Part shown: positions 1 to 8,584 of the stretch, piece after piece
How positions within the stretch are numbered: position 1 is the stretch's first letter
How the letters are laid out: the number at the start of each line of letters is the position of its first letter
From: Mediterraneibacter gnavus
GTDB taxonomy: Bacteria > Pseudomonadota > Alphaproteobacteria > RF32 > CAG-239
Direction: 5' to 3'
Length of the DNA stretch: 56,579 nt
Assembly (NCBI GenBank): GCA_963617265.1
Contig: CAVEOB010000004.1
Coordinates: 1 to 56,579, forward strand
Notes under the pieces: model-generated
The model's input: only the letters and a program-made list of their open reading frames with translations
The model's database searches: none
Told to the model about the DNA's origin: nothing
Made by a program: the position numbers and the translations under genes

Positions 1-35
1 TTAATTTTGTTTTATTTTTAAAGAAAGAAATTTAA

Positions 36-452
36 ATGACAAAAGTATTTGTTTCCGGCTGCTTTGATGTTTTACACAGCAGACATATTCGATTTTTTGA
101 AGAGGCTTCGCAATACGGAGATTTGTATGTTTCTATTGGTTCCGATAAAACTGTGGAAGAACTAAAACATCGTAAAACGCTATATAATGAAGACGAACGA
201 CTATATATGATTTCGGCTATAAAATTTGTTCATAAAGCTTTTATCGCTCAAGGTTCCGGTAAACTAGACTTTGCAGAAGAATTAAAGCAAATTAAACCGG
301 ATATATTTTTCGTAAATTCAGACGGCGACAGCGAAGAAAAAAGAAAATTTGTTGAAAGCCTAGGTATCAGATATATTGTCAGCAACCGTATACCAAAAGA
401 TTTGTTGCCTGTTCGCTCAACAACTTCTATTAGAAATATCATTAACAAGTAA
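36..452 (+). CDS. Cytidylyltransferase-like nucleotidyltransferase
   Basis: 138-aa ORF. N-terminal VFVSGCFDVLHSRHIRFF resembles the GxFDxxHxGH signature of TagD/RfaE-type cytidylyl/adenylyltransferases (HSRH variant). Followed by a bidirectional terminator. Confidence 0.6.
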   Translation: MTKVFVSGCFDVLHSRHIRFFEEASQYGDLYVSIGSDKTVEELKHRKTLYNEDERLYMISAIKFVHKAFIAQGSGKLDFAEELKQIKPDIFFVNSDGDSEEKRKFVESLGIRYIVSNRIPKDLLPVRSTTSIRNIINK

Positions 453-494
453 TATTAGTATTCTTCTACAGAAGGCTAATTAACAATAACAACT

Positions 495-524
495 AAAAAA
501 CCTCATCTCTCGATGAGGTTTTTT
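495..524. terminator. Bidirectional intrinsic terminator
   Basis: A6-CCTCATC-TCTC-GATGAGG-T6 between convergent genes. Confidence 0.8.
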
Positions 525-537
525 ATGGCTCTATGAT

Positions 538-1626
538 TTACATATTGGAATCAATTATGCCGCCGCCAAGCAGGACTTCATCGGTATCGCTGTTTTTGTG
601 ATAAAAGACAACTGACTGCCCAGGGGCAATGGCTTTTTGTTTGGAGTAAAAACGAACCTCAATTTTACCGTCCGGCAGCGGCGTAACTTTAACCGGCGTT
701 GGCTGCTGCGAAGAGCGGATTTTGGCTTCACATTCCAAAGGCGCAGATAAATCAACCACATCTCCGCATAAATCCGAAGCAATCAATCCGGAGCGTTCGC
801 ACTCCTCTTCAAATCCGACAATAACTTCATTCTTATCCTTATTGAAGCCCAGCACATAAAGTGGACGCTCGGCAGCTATGCCCATACCGCGGCGCTGACC
901 AACCGTATAATGCCAAATTCCTTGATGCTGACCTAAAACTCGTCCGTCACGGGTTACAAAATTACCGACCTGCGGTTCATTTTGCAAAATATCATTGATA
1001 TCGCCGGTATAAAAATCCTGACTGTCAGGTTTGTCGGAAACCTCCAAACCAAACTCGCGCGCCAATTCCCTCACCCGTTTTTTAGTCAGTCCGCCCAGCG
1101 GCATTAAAACTTTTGACAGCTGCTCTTGGTTTAGGCGATACAAAAAATACGACTGGTCTTTGGTGTGGTCCAAACCGCGCTTAATCACATAGCGATTGCG
1201 GTTTTCATCAAAGCAAACCTGCGCATAGTGTCCGGTTGCAAACTTGTCAAACTCTATCCCCTGCGCTGCCGCTTCTTCCGGCAAAGCGTTAAATTTGATA
1301 TAGGAATTGCACATAACACACGGGTTCGGCGTGCGTCCTGCTTTATATTCATGCTTGAAATTTTCCAGCACCATTTGTTTATAGCGGGCGGAACAGTCTA
1401 AAACATAGTACGGAATCCCAATTTTTTGGCACAAAGCGCGCGCCGCCTCAATATCTTGTTCCTCGTGCGGAGAAAAGCAGGAATCGGCGTGGGCATCACC
1501 GCTGAAATGCGTGTTTTTATCCCAAATCGACATGGTGGCGCCAATCACCTCATAACCCTGTTGTTTGAGCAAACAAGCCGTAACCGAAGAATCTACACCG
1601 CCGCTTAAACCAACCAAAACTTTCAT
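538..1626 (-). CDS. mnmA: tRNA 2-thiouridine(34) synthase MnmA
   Basis: PP-loop MKVLVGLSGGVDSS at the N-terminus and full-length MnmA-like sequence. The ATG at 1626 is preceded by GAGG, so the GTG at 1641 in the ORF track is probably not the start. Confidence 0.93.
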   Translation of the reverse strand: MKVLVGLSGGVDSSVTACLLKQQGYEVIGATMSIWDKNTHFSGDAHADSCFSPHEEQDIEAARALCQKIGIPYYVLDCSARYKQMVLENFKHEYKAGRTPNPCVMCNSYIKFNALPEEAAAQGIEFDKFATGHYAQVCFDENRNRYVIKRGLDHTKDQSYFLYRLNQEQLSKVLMPLGGLTKKRVRELAREFGLEVSDKPDSQDFYTGDINDILQNEPQVGNFVTRDGRVLGQHQGIWHYTVGQRRGMGIAAERPLYVLGFNKDKNEVIVGFEEECERSGLIASDLCGDVVDLSAPLECEAKIRSSQQPTPVKVTPLPDGKIEVRFYSKQKAIAPGQSVVFYHKNSDTDEVLLGGGIIDSNM

Positions 1627-1702
1627 ACTTTTACCTCGCACTATTTAAAACAAAGAAACTCCGGACGATAGAATCCGAAGCCTCCTGGGAAAAATCCCCT
1701 CA

Positions 1703-2188
1703 TTAAAACGGAATATCGTCGTCCAAATCTGATGGAGCAGAAGCCGCACTGTTATCCCAGCCAGAAGATGTGCCTCCGGCAGACGGAGCAGCCGAGAAAA
1801 CATCATTGCCGCCGGCAGGAACGCCGTCGCCGCCGCTGTTTTTAGAATCGAGCATAACCAAAACACTGTTGAAATTCTGCAGCACAACTTCGGTGGTATA
1901 GCGGTCAACACCGTTGTTATCAGTCCATTTACGGGTTTGCAGCTGACCTTCCAAATATACCTTAGAACCTTTGCGCAAATATCTTTCAGCGGTATCTGCC
2001 AGCTGAGAATTAAAAATCACCACGCGGTGCCATTCGGTTCTGTCTTTACGCTCGCCGGTGTTGCGGTCTTTCCAGCTGTCTGTCGTCGCCACATTCAAAT
2101 TAACAACTTTTGTGCCGGACTGAGTGTTATTAACCACCGGATCAGCTCCTAAATTGCCAACCAGAATAACTTTATTTATTCCAACCAT
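1703..2188 (-). CDS. ssb: Single-stranded DNA-binding protein
   Basis: OB-fold N-terminus (INKVILVGNLGADP), Gly/Ser/Ala-rich linker and the canonical acidic C-terminal tip DDDIPF. Confidence 0.95.
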   Translation of the reverse strand: MVGINKVILVGNLGADPVVNNTQSGTKVVNLNVATTDSWKDRNTGERKDRTEWHRVVIFNSQLADTAERYLRKGSKVYLEGQLQTRKWTDNNGVDRYTTEVVLQNFNSVLVMLDSKNSGGDGVPAGGNDVFSAAPSAGGTSSGWDNSAASAPSDLDDDIPF

Positions 2189-2278
2189 TATTTTATCCTT
2201 ACAAAAAAATTAAACTTTTTACAGCATAACAGCTTTTTGCAAAATCGCAATCACAAAAAGCCGTTGCTGCACATTATT

Positions 2279-4501
2279 TTAGGCGGCGTTTTCCACCGGA
2301 CAAAGCTCTGCCAAAACTTCTTTTTTCAGCGTTACATTATCCGCCTTGCCGGTAGCAAATACCGGTAATTTTTCGTGATACAAAATCACACGCGGCAAAT
2401 AAAGCTCTGACATACCGTTGTTTTTTACATATTCATGCAGCATTGCCGAGGTAACTTTTTCATTATTGGTTACCAAAACAATCTGCTCGCCTTTACTTTC
2501 ATGCGGAATCGAAACCACGCCATAGCTGTATTCCGGTCCCATATCCTTAGTGGCGTCCATAACCATATCCTGCACGGCGTTCAGCGATACCATTTCGCCG
2601 CCGATTTTAGCAAAACGCTTGATACGGTCTTTAATGGTAAAGAAGCCGATTTCGTCCATTTCCACCACATCGCCGGTGTGATACCAGCCGTCTTCAGGCG
2701 GAACCAAGACACCAGGGTTGGACGGCATATAGTAACCCTGCATAACATTTGGACCTTTCACGCACAGCTCGCCGCCGTTGGCAATACCGTCAACTGGCAG
2801 AATCTTAAACTGCATGCCCGGCATAATTTTACCGATAGAGCCGAATTTATTGAAAATTCCATTGTTGGCGGTCATAACCGGAGAACATTCGGTTGCGCCG
2901 TAAGCTTCCATCATACGCACGCCGGAATGTTCCATCCACATACTGCGGGTGTCAGACTTGGCAGCCTCGCCGCCGGAATACATCAAGCGGATATTGTGGA
3001 AATCGTACGGGTGGGCAATTTTTGCATAACCACGCAAGAAAGTATCGGTACCAAGCATCAAAGTTGCGCCAAGCTCATAAACCAGCTCGGCAACCACACG
3101 ATAGTGCAGCGGAGACGGATACAAGAACAGCTTAGAACCTTCAAACAACGGGAACAGAGTGCCCACAGTCAAGCCAAAGCTATGGAACATCGGCAAGGCA
3201 TTAAACAGCAAATCCTTAAAGTTAATGGTTTGAATCGCCGTCATTTGCTTGATATTGGCAATGATGTTAGCATGGCTCAAAACCACGCCTTTCGGAGCGC
3301 CCTCTGAACCGGAAGTAAACAGAATAACCGCCTTTTTGTCGCCGCCTGTTTTGTGCGGAACATGCTTAATTTTATAGCTGATATAGGCACCGATTTTAGT
3401 CCACAGCGACATTTTTTTAGCAATATCTTCCAAATAAACAATATTGCAGCCGGCGTTTTTCATATCTTCTACCACGTTTTCCATTTTGGCTTTAATAATA
3501 AAAGTACGGGAAGTCAAAACGGTTTTAACCAGCGCAGTTTTGCACATGGAAATCATATTTTTAGAGCCGACAGAAAAGTTAATCATCACCGGAGTGCGGT
3601 TATAAGCCGAAAGTCCGAAAAATGTGCAAACTGTGGCAATAGCGTTCGGCAGCAAAATACCGACATTTTCATCAACCTTAGTAAACTTTTTAAAGCTGCG
3701 ACCCAAAGCAAAAGAAGCAACAATAATGTCTTTATAAGATTTTTGCTTGCGGTTGATATCTTCTATTATGCGCGGGCGTTTAGAAAAGAAACCAGTGCGG
3801 GAATATACCTTAGCGGTTTTCATCAGCTGGGCAAACAATGAAATATTTTTGTCATAGTTAATATCAAAGCACATCTCGCGCAAAATCATATATACTTCAT
3901 TGCTGATGTGGTCGCGTTGGCGGCGCAGTTCGTCTTTCAGCTTAAAGCTGCGCGGCTTGCCAACATAGATACGCATTTTCGGCAGCGGACGGTGCGGCAA
4001 TTTGCCTTTAGTCTTAGAAAAATAGCCGTATTGCGGACCGTCGATCCAAACCGGAATAATCGGAGATTTAGATTTATCGGCAACCAGCCCCGGAGCTTCA
4101 TAAATTTTCATTAAACCGCCGTTTTCAGTAATGCGTCCTTCGGCGAAAATCACCACCAAACGCCCCTCGTCCACTTTGGCAATCAGCTTTTTAATGTCTG
4201 AAGGCTCAATCGGATTAAACTTTATTACATCGGCACGCCCCATCAAAAAACTAATCCAATGACGGCGGTACAAATGACCGTTTAGGGCAAAAACCGGATT
4301 ACCAGGGAGAAATGCAAACAGCAAAATAGGGTCTAAATAAGAAACGTGGTTAACCACATAAACGCCTTTTTTAGGCAAGTTGTTCACATCAAATTCAAAA
4401 ATACATTTTGCTTTCATCAAACGCAAAACCGTTCGCAGGCAAAATCTGACAAACTCTTTCACAAGTCCAACCTTTCTGTTGTTAAATATTATCCTATCCA
4501 T
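2279..4501 (-). CDS. aas: Bifunctional acyltransferase / acyl-ACP (acyl-CoA) synthetase, Aas-like
   Basis: 740-aa fusion. N-terminal PlsC-type acyltransferase HxxxxD box (NHVSYLDP) plus a C-terminal AMP-binding domain (TSGSEGAPKGVVLSH, GWYHTGD). Confidence 0.75.
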   Translation of the reverse strand: MDRIIFNNRKVGLVKEFVRFCLRTVLRLMKAKCIFEFDVNNLPKKGVYVVNHVSYLDPILLFAFLPGNPVFALNGHLYRRHWISFLMGRADVIKFNPIEPSDIKKLIAKVDEGRLVVIFAEGRITENGGLMKIYEAPGLVADKSKSPIIPVWIDGPQYGYFSKTKGKLPHRPLPKMRIYVGKPRSFKLKDELRRQRDHISNEVYMILREMCFDINYDKNISLFAQLMKTAKVYSRTGFFSKRPRIIEDINRKQKSYKDIIVASFALGRSFKKFTKVDENVGILLPNAIATVCTFFGLSAYNRTPVMINFSVGSKNMISMCKTALVKTVLTSRTFIIKAKMENVVEDMKNAGCNIVYLEDIAKKMSLWTKIGAYISYKIKHVPHKTGGDKKAVILFTSGSEGAPKGVVLSHANIIANIKQMTAIQTINFKDLLFNALPMFHSFGLTVGTLFPLFEGSKLFLYPSPLHYRVVAELVYELGATLMLGTDTFLRGYAKIAHPYDFHNIRLMYSGGEAAKSDTRSMWMEHSGVRMMEAYGATECSPVMTANNGIFNKFGSIGKIMPGMQFKILPVDGIANGGELCVKGPNVMQGYYMPSNPGVLVPPEDGWYHTGDVVEMDEIGFFTIKDRIKRFAKIGGEMVSLNAVQDMVMDATKDMGPEYSYGVVSIPHESKGEQIVLVTNNEKVTSAMLHEYVKNNGMSELYLPRVILYHEKLPVFATGKADNVTLKKEVLAELCPVENAA

Positions 4502-4711
4502 ATAATATTATTAACGGTTTGTAAAGAGAAAATAGGCGAGTCATCAACAGGCAAATTTCCGTTTATAACATATTGTTTTTACTATGTTTTTCAAATTTTA
4601 TTCACAGTTTTGCGCCAAAAACTTGCCAAAATTGATATATTGCTGTATTGTGCGCCCTACGTAACGCAAACTTGTTTGGGTTAACATGTTCTAATAATAA
4701 AAAGGTTTAAA

Positions 4712-5989
4712 ATGAAAAAGGTTCTTACATTAACCGCCTTGAGCACCCTTCTGCTCTCTACCAGCGCTATGGCCGCCGGTTTCCATTTAAGAGAACAGTC
4801 CGCTGCAGCTCAAGGTAACGCTTATGCCGGCGCAACTGCCGGTGCAGAAAATGGTTCATACGCATATTACAACGCCGCCGGCATAACCCGTCAGAAAGGC
4901 TTGCAGGTAAACTTGGGTGCAACCTATATTGCACCGCGCGCCACAGCTAAAAATGTTAAAAGTCCAACCGGAGAACGCGGAGCCGATGTGGAAAACGTTG
5001 TGCATGCCGCTGTTTCGCCGAACGGCACAGTTTCTTATCAGCTTAACGACCGCGCTTTTGCCGCTATTGCCGCAAACTCACCGTTTGGCATGATTACAAA
5101 ATATGACAGAGAATGGATTGGTTCCGACCACGGTATTACTTCTGATTTGAAATCCGGCACTATTACTCCGATGTTTGCTTATAAAGCAACCGATAAATTA
5201 TCTTTGGGCGCTGGCGTGCAAATGCAATATATTTGGGCACACTTGACCAGCAGCCACAATAATTCTAGAACTGGCTTGGTTACCGAAAACGGCAATGACT
5301 TTGATATGGGCTACCAATTGGGCGCTATGTATGAATTTACCGATGCAACCCGCGTCGGCGTAGGCTACCGCAGCAAAATCAACCACAAAATAAAAGGCAA
5401 AATGAAATCCAGCGGCAGCGATCTCTCTGCTTCTGACAATCCACAGTATGCTGCAGCAGGTATGATGGCTGATGCTTTGATGAACCAAAAAATCAGCGCT
5501 AAGTTAACCACTCCGGCAATGCTTTCAATGGGTATTTATCACGACATTAACGAAAAATGGGCAGTTATGGCAGAATATCAGCGTGTATTTTGGAGTTCTT
5601 TCCAAAACCTGACTTTCAAGAGCCAAAACGGCGGCTATACTATTGCCAACGTAGAAGAAAACTGGCGCGACACCAACTTTTATTCTATCGGTACAAGCTA
5701 TATGTTGGATAATCAATGGAAGCTGCGTTTAGGCTTGGCTTATGACCAAAGCGCTGTCCGCTATGCTCACCGTACGCCGCGTATTCCAGATTCTGATCGT
5801 ATTTGGTACTCGTTCGGTTTAGGCTATCAATATAATGATAGACTGAGCTTTGACGCCGGTTACACATATATTAAAGCTCACAGCGCGAGAATGAACTCGG
5901 CTATTACAGGCAACGATGGCTCACACGTTTCCGCCGACTATTCAAACTCGGTAAAAGTGTTTGCTTTTTCGGTGAACTGCGCGTTCTAA
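4712..5989 (+). CDS. FadL/TodX-family outer-membrane long-chain fatty acid/hydrophobic compound channel
   Basis: Signal peptide ending AMA, followed by AGFHLREQSAAAQGNAYAG as is typical of FadL-family N-termini. Beta-barrel-like alternating pattern with a C-terminal aromatic residue (F). Divergent from the aas-like gene. Confidence 0.8.
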   Translation: MKKVLTLTALSTLLLSTSAMAAGFHLREQSAAAQGNAYAGATAGAENGSYAYYNAAGITRQKGLQVNLGATYIAPRATAKNVKSPTGERGADVENVVHAAVSPNGTVSYQLNDRAFAAIAANSPFGMITKYDREWIGSDHGITSDLKSGTITPMFAYKATDKLSLGAGVQMQYIWAHLTSSHNNSRTGLVTENGNDFDMGYQLGAMYEFTDATRVGVGYRSKINHKIKGKMKSSGSDLSASDNPQYAAAGMMADALMNQKISAKLTTPAMLSMGIYHDINEKWAVMAEYQRVFWSSFQNLTFKSQNGGYTIANVEENWRDTNFYSIGTSYMLDNQWKLRLGLAYDQSAVRYAHRTPRIPDSDRIWYSFGLGYQYNDRLSFDAGYTYIKAHSARMNSAITGNDGSHVSADYSNSVKVFAFSVNCAF

Positions 5990-6004
5990 GCTTTAACTTA
6001 GCAA

Positions 6005-6042
6005 CAAAAAAACTTCCGATATTTTCTATCGGAAGTTTTTTT
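6005..6042. terminator. Bidirectional intrinsic terminator (fadL-family / clpX)
   Basis: A-run, 9-bp stem ACTTCCGAT/ATCGGAAGT, T-run. Confidence 0.8.
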
Positions 6043-6054
6043 ATTTTAGGCTGC

Positions 6055-7323
6055 TTAAGCAGATTTTTTTTCTGCGGACTGATGAATCAGTTTTGGCTTT
6101 TCGCCGTCGGTAATAACTTTTTCATCTATCACGATTTCGGTAATGTCTTTTTTATCCGGAAGTTCATACATCCATTCCATCAAAATTTCTTCCATAATCG
6201 CCCGCAAACCGCGCGCACCAGTCTTGCGCTCTATCGCTTTTTTAGAAATGGTGCGCAAAGCTTCCGGAGTGATAGTCAGCTTGACATCGTCCATACCGAA
6301 CAAGGAGGCGTATTGGCTGACCAAGGCGTTTTTCGGCTCGGTCAAAACACGGATTAAAGCGTCTTCGTTCAAATCATCCAAAGTGGCGATAACCGGCACA
6401 CGTCCGGTAAATTCTGGAATAAGCCCGTATTTAATCAAATCTTCCGGACGCACGTCTTTCAGAATTTGCCCGACGGTTTTTTCATCTTTTTCCACTTTAG
6501 CGCCGAAACCGATGGAATTACCGCTTTCCGTACCGTGTCTTTCCACAATTTTTTCAAGACCGGCAAAGGCGCCGCCGCAAATAAACAGAATGTTTTTAGT
6601 ATCCACATGCAAAAATTCCTGCTGCGGGTGCTTGCGTCCGCCTTGCGGAGGAACATTGGCAACCGTGCCTTCAATAATTTTCAGCAAAGCCTGCTGAACG
6701 CCCTCGCCCGACACATCGCGAGTGATGGACGGTCCGTCGCCTTTGCGGGAAATTTTATCTATTTCATCAATATAAATGATACCGCGCTGGGCTTTTTCAA
6801 TGTCGTAATTTGCATTTTGCACCAGTTTCAGTACAATGTTTTCCACGTCTTCACCGACATATCCGGCTTCGGTTAAAGTAGTGGCATCGGCAATGGCAAA
6901 CGGAACATTCAAAATTTTAGCCAAAGTCTGTGCCAGCAAAGTTTTTCCGCAACCGGTCGAACCAATCAAAATCACATTGGATTTAGTAATATCAACTTCA
7001 TCTTTTTTAGGATTATTCAAGCGTTTATAGTGATTGTATACCGCAACGGATAAAACTTTTTTAGCATAATCCTGACCAATCACATATTCATCAAGAAACT
7101 CTTTAATTTTTGACGGGGTCGGCAAGCTGTCCATTAACGGTTCATCAGTAGCGGCGGTTTTATTTTCCGGCGCCAGCTCGGCATCTTCTTCCATAATGGA
7201 ATGGCAAACCTCGATGCACTCGTTGCAAATATAAACACCGCGTCCGGCAACCAGCTTTTTCACTTCTTTTTGGCTTTTGCCGCAAAACGAACAATGCAAA
7301 ATTTCTTCGTTATTTTCACTCAT
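6055..7323 (-). CDS. clpX: ATP-dependent Clp protease ATP-binding subunit ClpX
   Basis: N-terminal zinc finger CSFCGKS...ICNECI, Walker [13 protein letters not shown] and full-length ClpX similarity. Lies directly downstream of clpP. Confidence 0.97.
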   Translation of the reverse strand: MSENNEEILHCSFCGKSQKEVKKLVAGRGVYICNECIEVCHSIMEEDAELAPENKTAATDEPLMDSLPTPSKIKEFLDEYVIGQDYAKKVLSVAVYNHYKRLNNPKKDEVDITKSNVILIGSTGCGKTLLAQTLAKILNVPFAIADATTLTEAGYVGEDVENIVLKLVQNANYDIEKAQRGIIYIDEIDKISRKGDGPSITRDVSGEGVQQALLKIIEGTVANVPPQGGRKHPQQEFLHVDTKNILFICGGAFAGLEKIVERHGTESGNSIGFGAKVEKDEKTVGQILKDVRPEDLIKYGLIPEFTGRVPVIATLDDLNEDALIRVLTEPKNALVSQYASLFGMDDVKLTITPEALRTISKKAIERKTGARGLRAIMEEILMEWMYELPDKKDITEIVIDEKVITDGEKPKLIHQSAEKKSA

Positions 7324-7330
7324 TTTCCAC

Positions 7331-7945
7331 CTACTTTACTTCTTCACGGTTAGTGATAATGTGGTCAATCAAACCAAAATCAAGCGCTTCCTGCGGCGTC
7401 ATAAAATTATCTCTATCCATAGCGCGTTCAATAACCGAGATTTTTTGACCGGTGTTTTTAGCATAAATAGCATTCAGGCGTTTACGCAAATCCAAAATCA
7501 ATTTAGCCTGAATTTCAATATCCGCCGCCTGCCCTTTGGCGCCGCCTGACGGCTGGTGAATCATAATCTGCGAGTTTGGCAAAGAATAGCGTTTGCCTTT
7601 GGCGCCGCCTGCCAGCAAGAAAGACCCCATAGAGCAAGCCTGACCGATGCAGATTGTCGCCACATCGCAGGAAATATACTGCATGGTGTCATACATTGCC
7701 ATACCGGAAGTCACAACGCCGCCCGGGGAGTTAATGTATAAGAAAATATCTTTCTTTGGATTTTCCGCTTCCAAAAACAAAAGCTGCGCGCAAACCAAAG
7801 CTGAAGTTTCATCATTAACTTCGCCGGTTAAGAAAATAATTCTTTCTTTCAGCAAACGAGAAAAAATATCAAACGAGCGCTCGCCTTTCGGTGTTTGTTC
7901 TATCACCATAGGTACCAAAGCGTCGCTGGGCATTATACTATTCAT
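7331..7945 (-). CDS. clpP: ATP-dependent Clp protease proteolytic subunit ClpP
   Basis: 204 aa with catalytic Ser context [11 protein letters not shown] and His context IMIHQPSGG. Part of a clpP-clpX operon with a 7-nt gap. Confidence 0.97.
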   Translation of the reverse strand: MNSIMPSDALVPMVIEQTPKGERSFDIFSRLLKERIIFLTGEVNDETSALVCAQLLFLEAENPKKDIFLYINSPGGVVTSGMAMYDTMQYISCDVATICIGQACSMGSFLLAGGAKGKRYSLPNSQIMIHQPSGGAKGQAADIEIQAKLILDLRKRLNAIYAKNTGQKISVIERAMDRDNFMTPQEALDFGLIDHIITNREEVK

Positions 7946-8181
7946 ATCATATCCTTTTATAAAATTCTTTTTTGTTTATTAAAGCTTATGATTGCTTAAT
8001 TTTTTATAAATAATTAACATTCTTTCGGCGTTTTGCAAGTTTTTTTGCCCTGTTTTTACAAATACGCTTGTTTTCTAACAAAAAAATAAGTATAATATAT
8101 TCGCATTTAAATTATTATACATATCCCGCGGCAGCTTTGGCAACTGTAACATTATGGGATTTACGCCTAAATTATTATACT

Positions 8182-8532
8182 ATGGAGAGAGTTTTTTGGG
8201 ACACTTATCTGCTGTATGCAAGCAACATTATCAAAAACCATGATAATGTTTATTACATGAAAAATAAAACAACAGGTGAAGTGTCATCTTGCTTTTTATG
8301 GACTGGTCCAAGCTTTATTTTTGGCAACAAGCCTTTGGTTTCTAATGAGACCATTGTTTACGGTCCGATTGTCGACCCGCTTATTCTTACTCCGCAGGAA
8401 TTTCTCAGCAAGTATGAGTTCACGCGGGTAGGTCGCAACGGAATGATAGACATTTCTTTAGGCTCGGCTCAGTATAAAAATATGCTGAATGCTAAAGAGC
8501 TGATAGAAAAAGCAGCAAAAATCTCCGCTTAA
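8182..8532 (+). CDS. Hypothetical protein (start uncertain)
   Basis: ORF track gives 8068..8532, but a TTGTTT-N17-TATAAT promoter sits at 8068-8096, so the in-frame ATG at 8182 (MERVFWDTY) is the more likely start. No SD is visible and I recognise no family. Confidence 0.35.
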   Translation: MERVFWDTYLLYASNIIKNHDNVYYMKNKTTGEVSSCFLWTGPSFIFGNKPLVSNETIVYGPIVDPLILTPQEFLSKYEFTRVGRNGMIDISLGSAQYKNMLNAKELIEKAAKISA

Positions 8533-8537
8533 CCTTA

Positions 8538-8576
8538 CAAAAAACACCGCCTAATTTTTATAAGCGGTGTTTTTTG
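8538..8576. terminator. Intrinsic terminator between ORF 8182-8532 and the Lon-like gene
   Basis: AAAAACACCGC...GCGGTGTTTTTT hairpin flanked by A and T runs. Confidence 0.7.
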
Positions 8577-8584
8577 TTGTCTTC

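Noticed and set aside
2435-3307. Long antisense ORFs inside confirmed genes (for example 2435-3307, 35104-35811, 36973-37644, 51350-51922, 52949-53566).
   Set aside because: They lie opposite strongly supported conserved genes, have His/Arg/Phe-rich junk-like composition and have no RBS. These are typical shadow ORFs.
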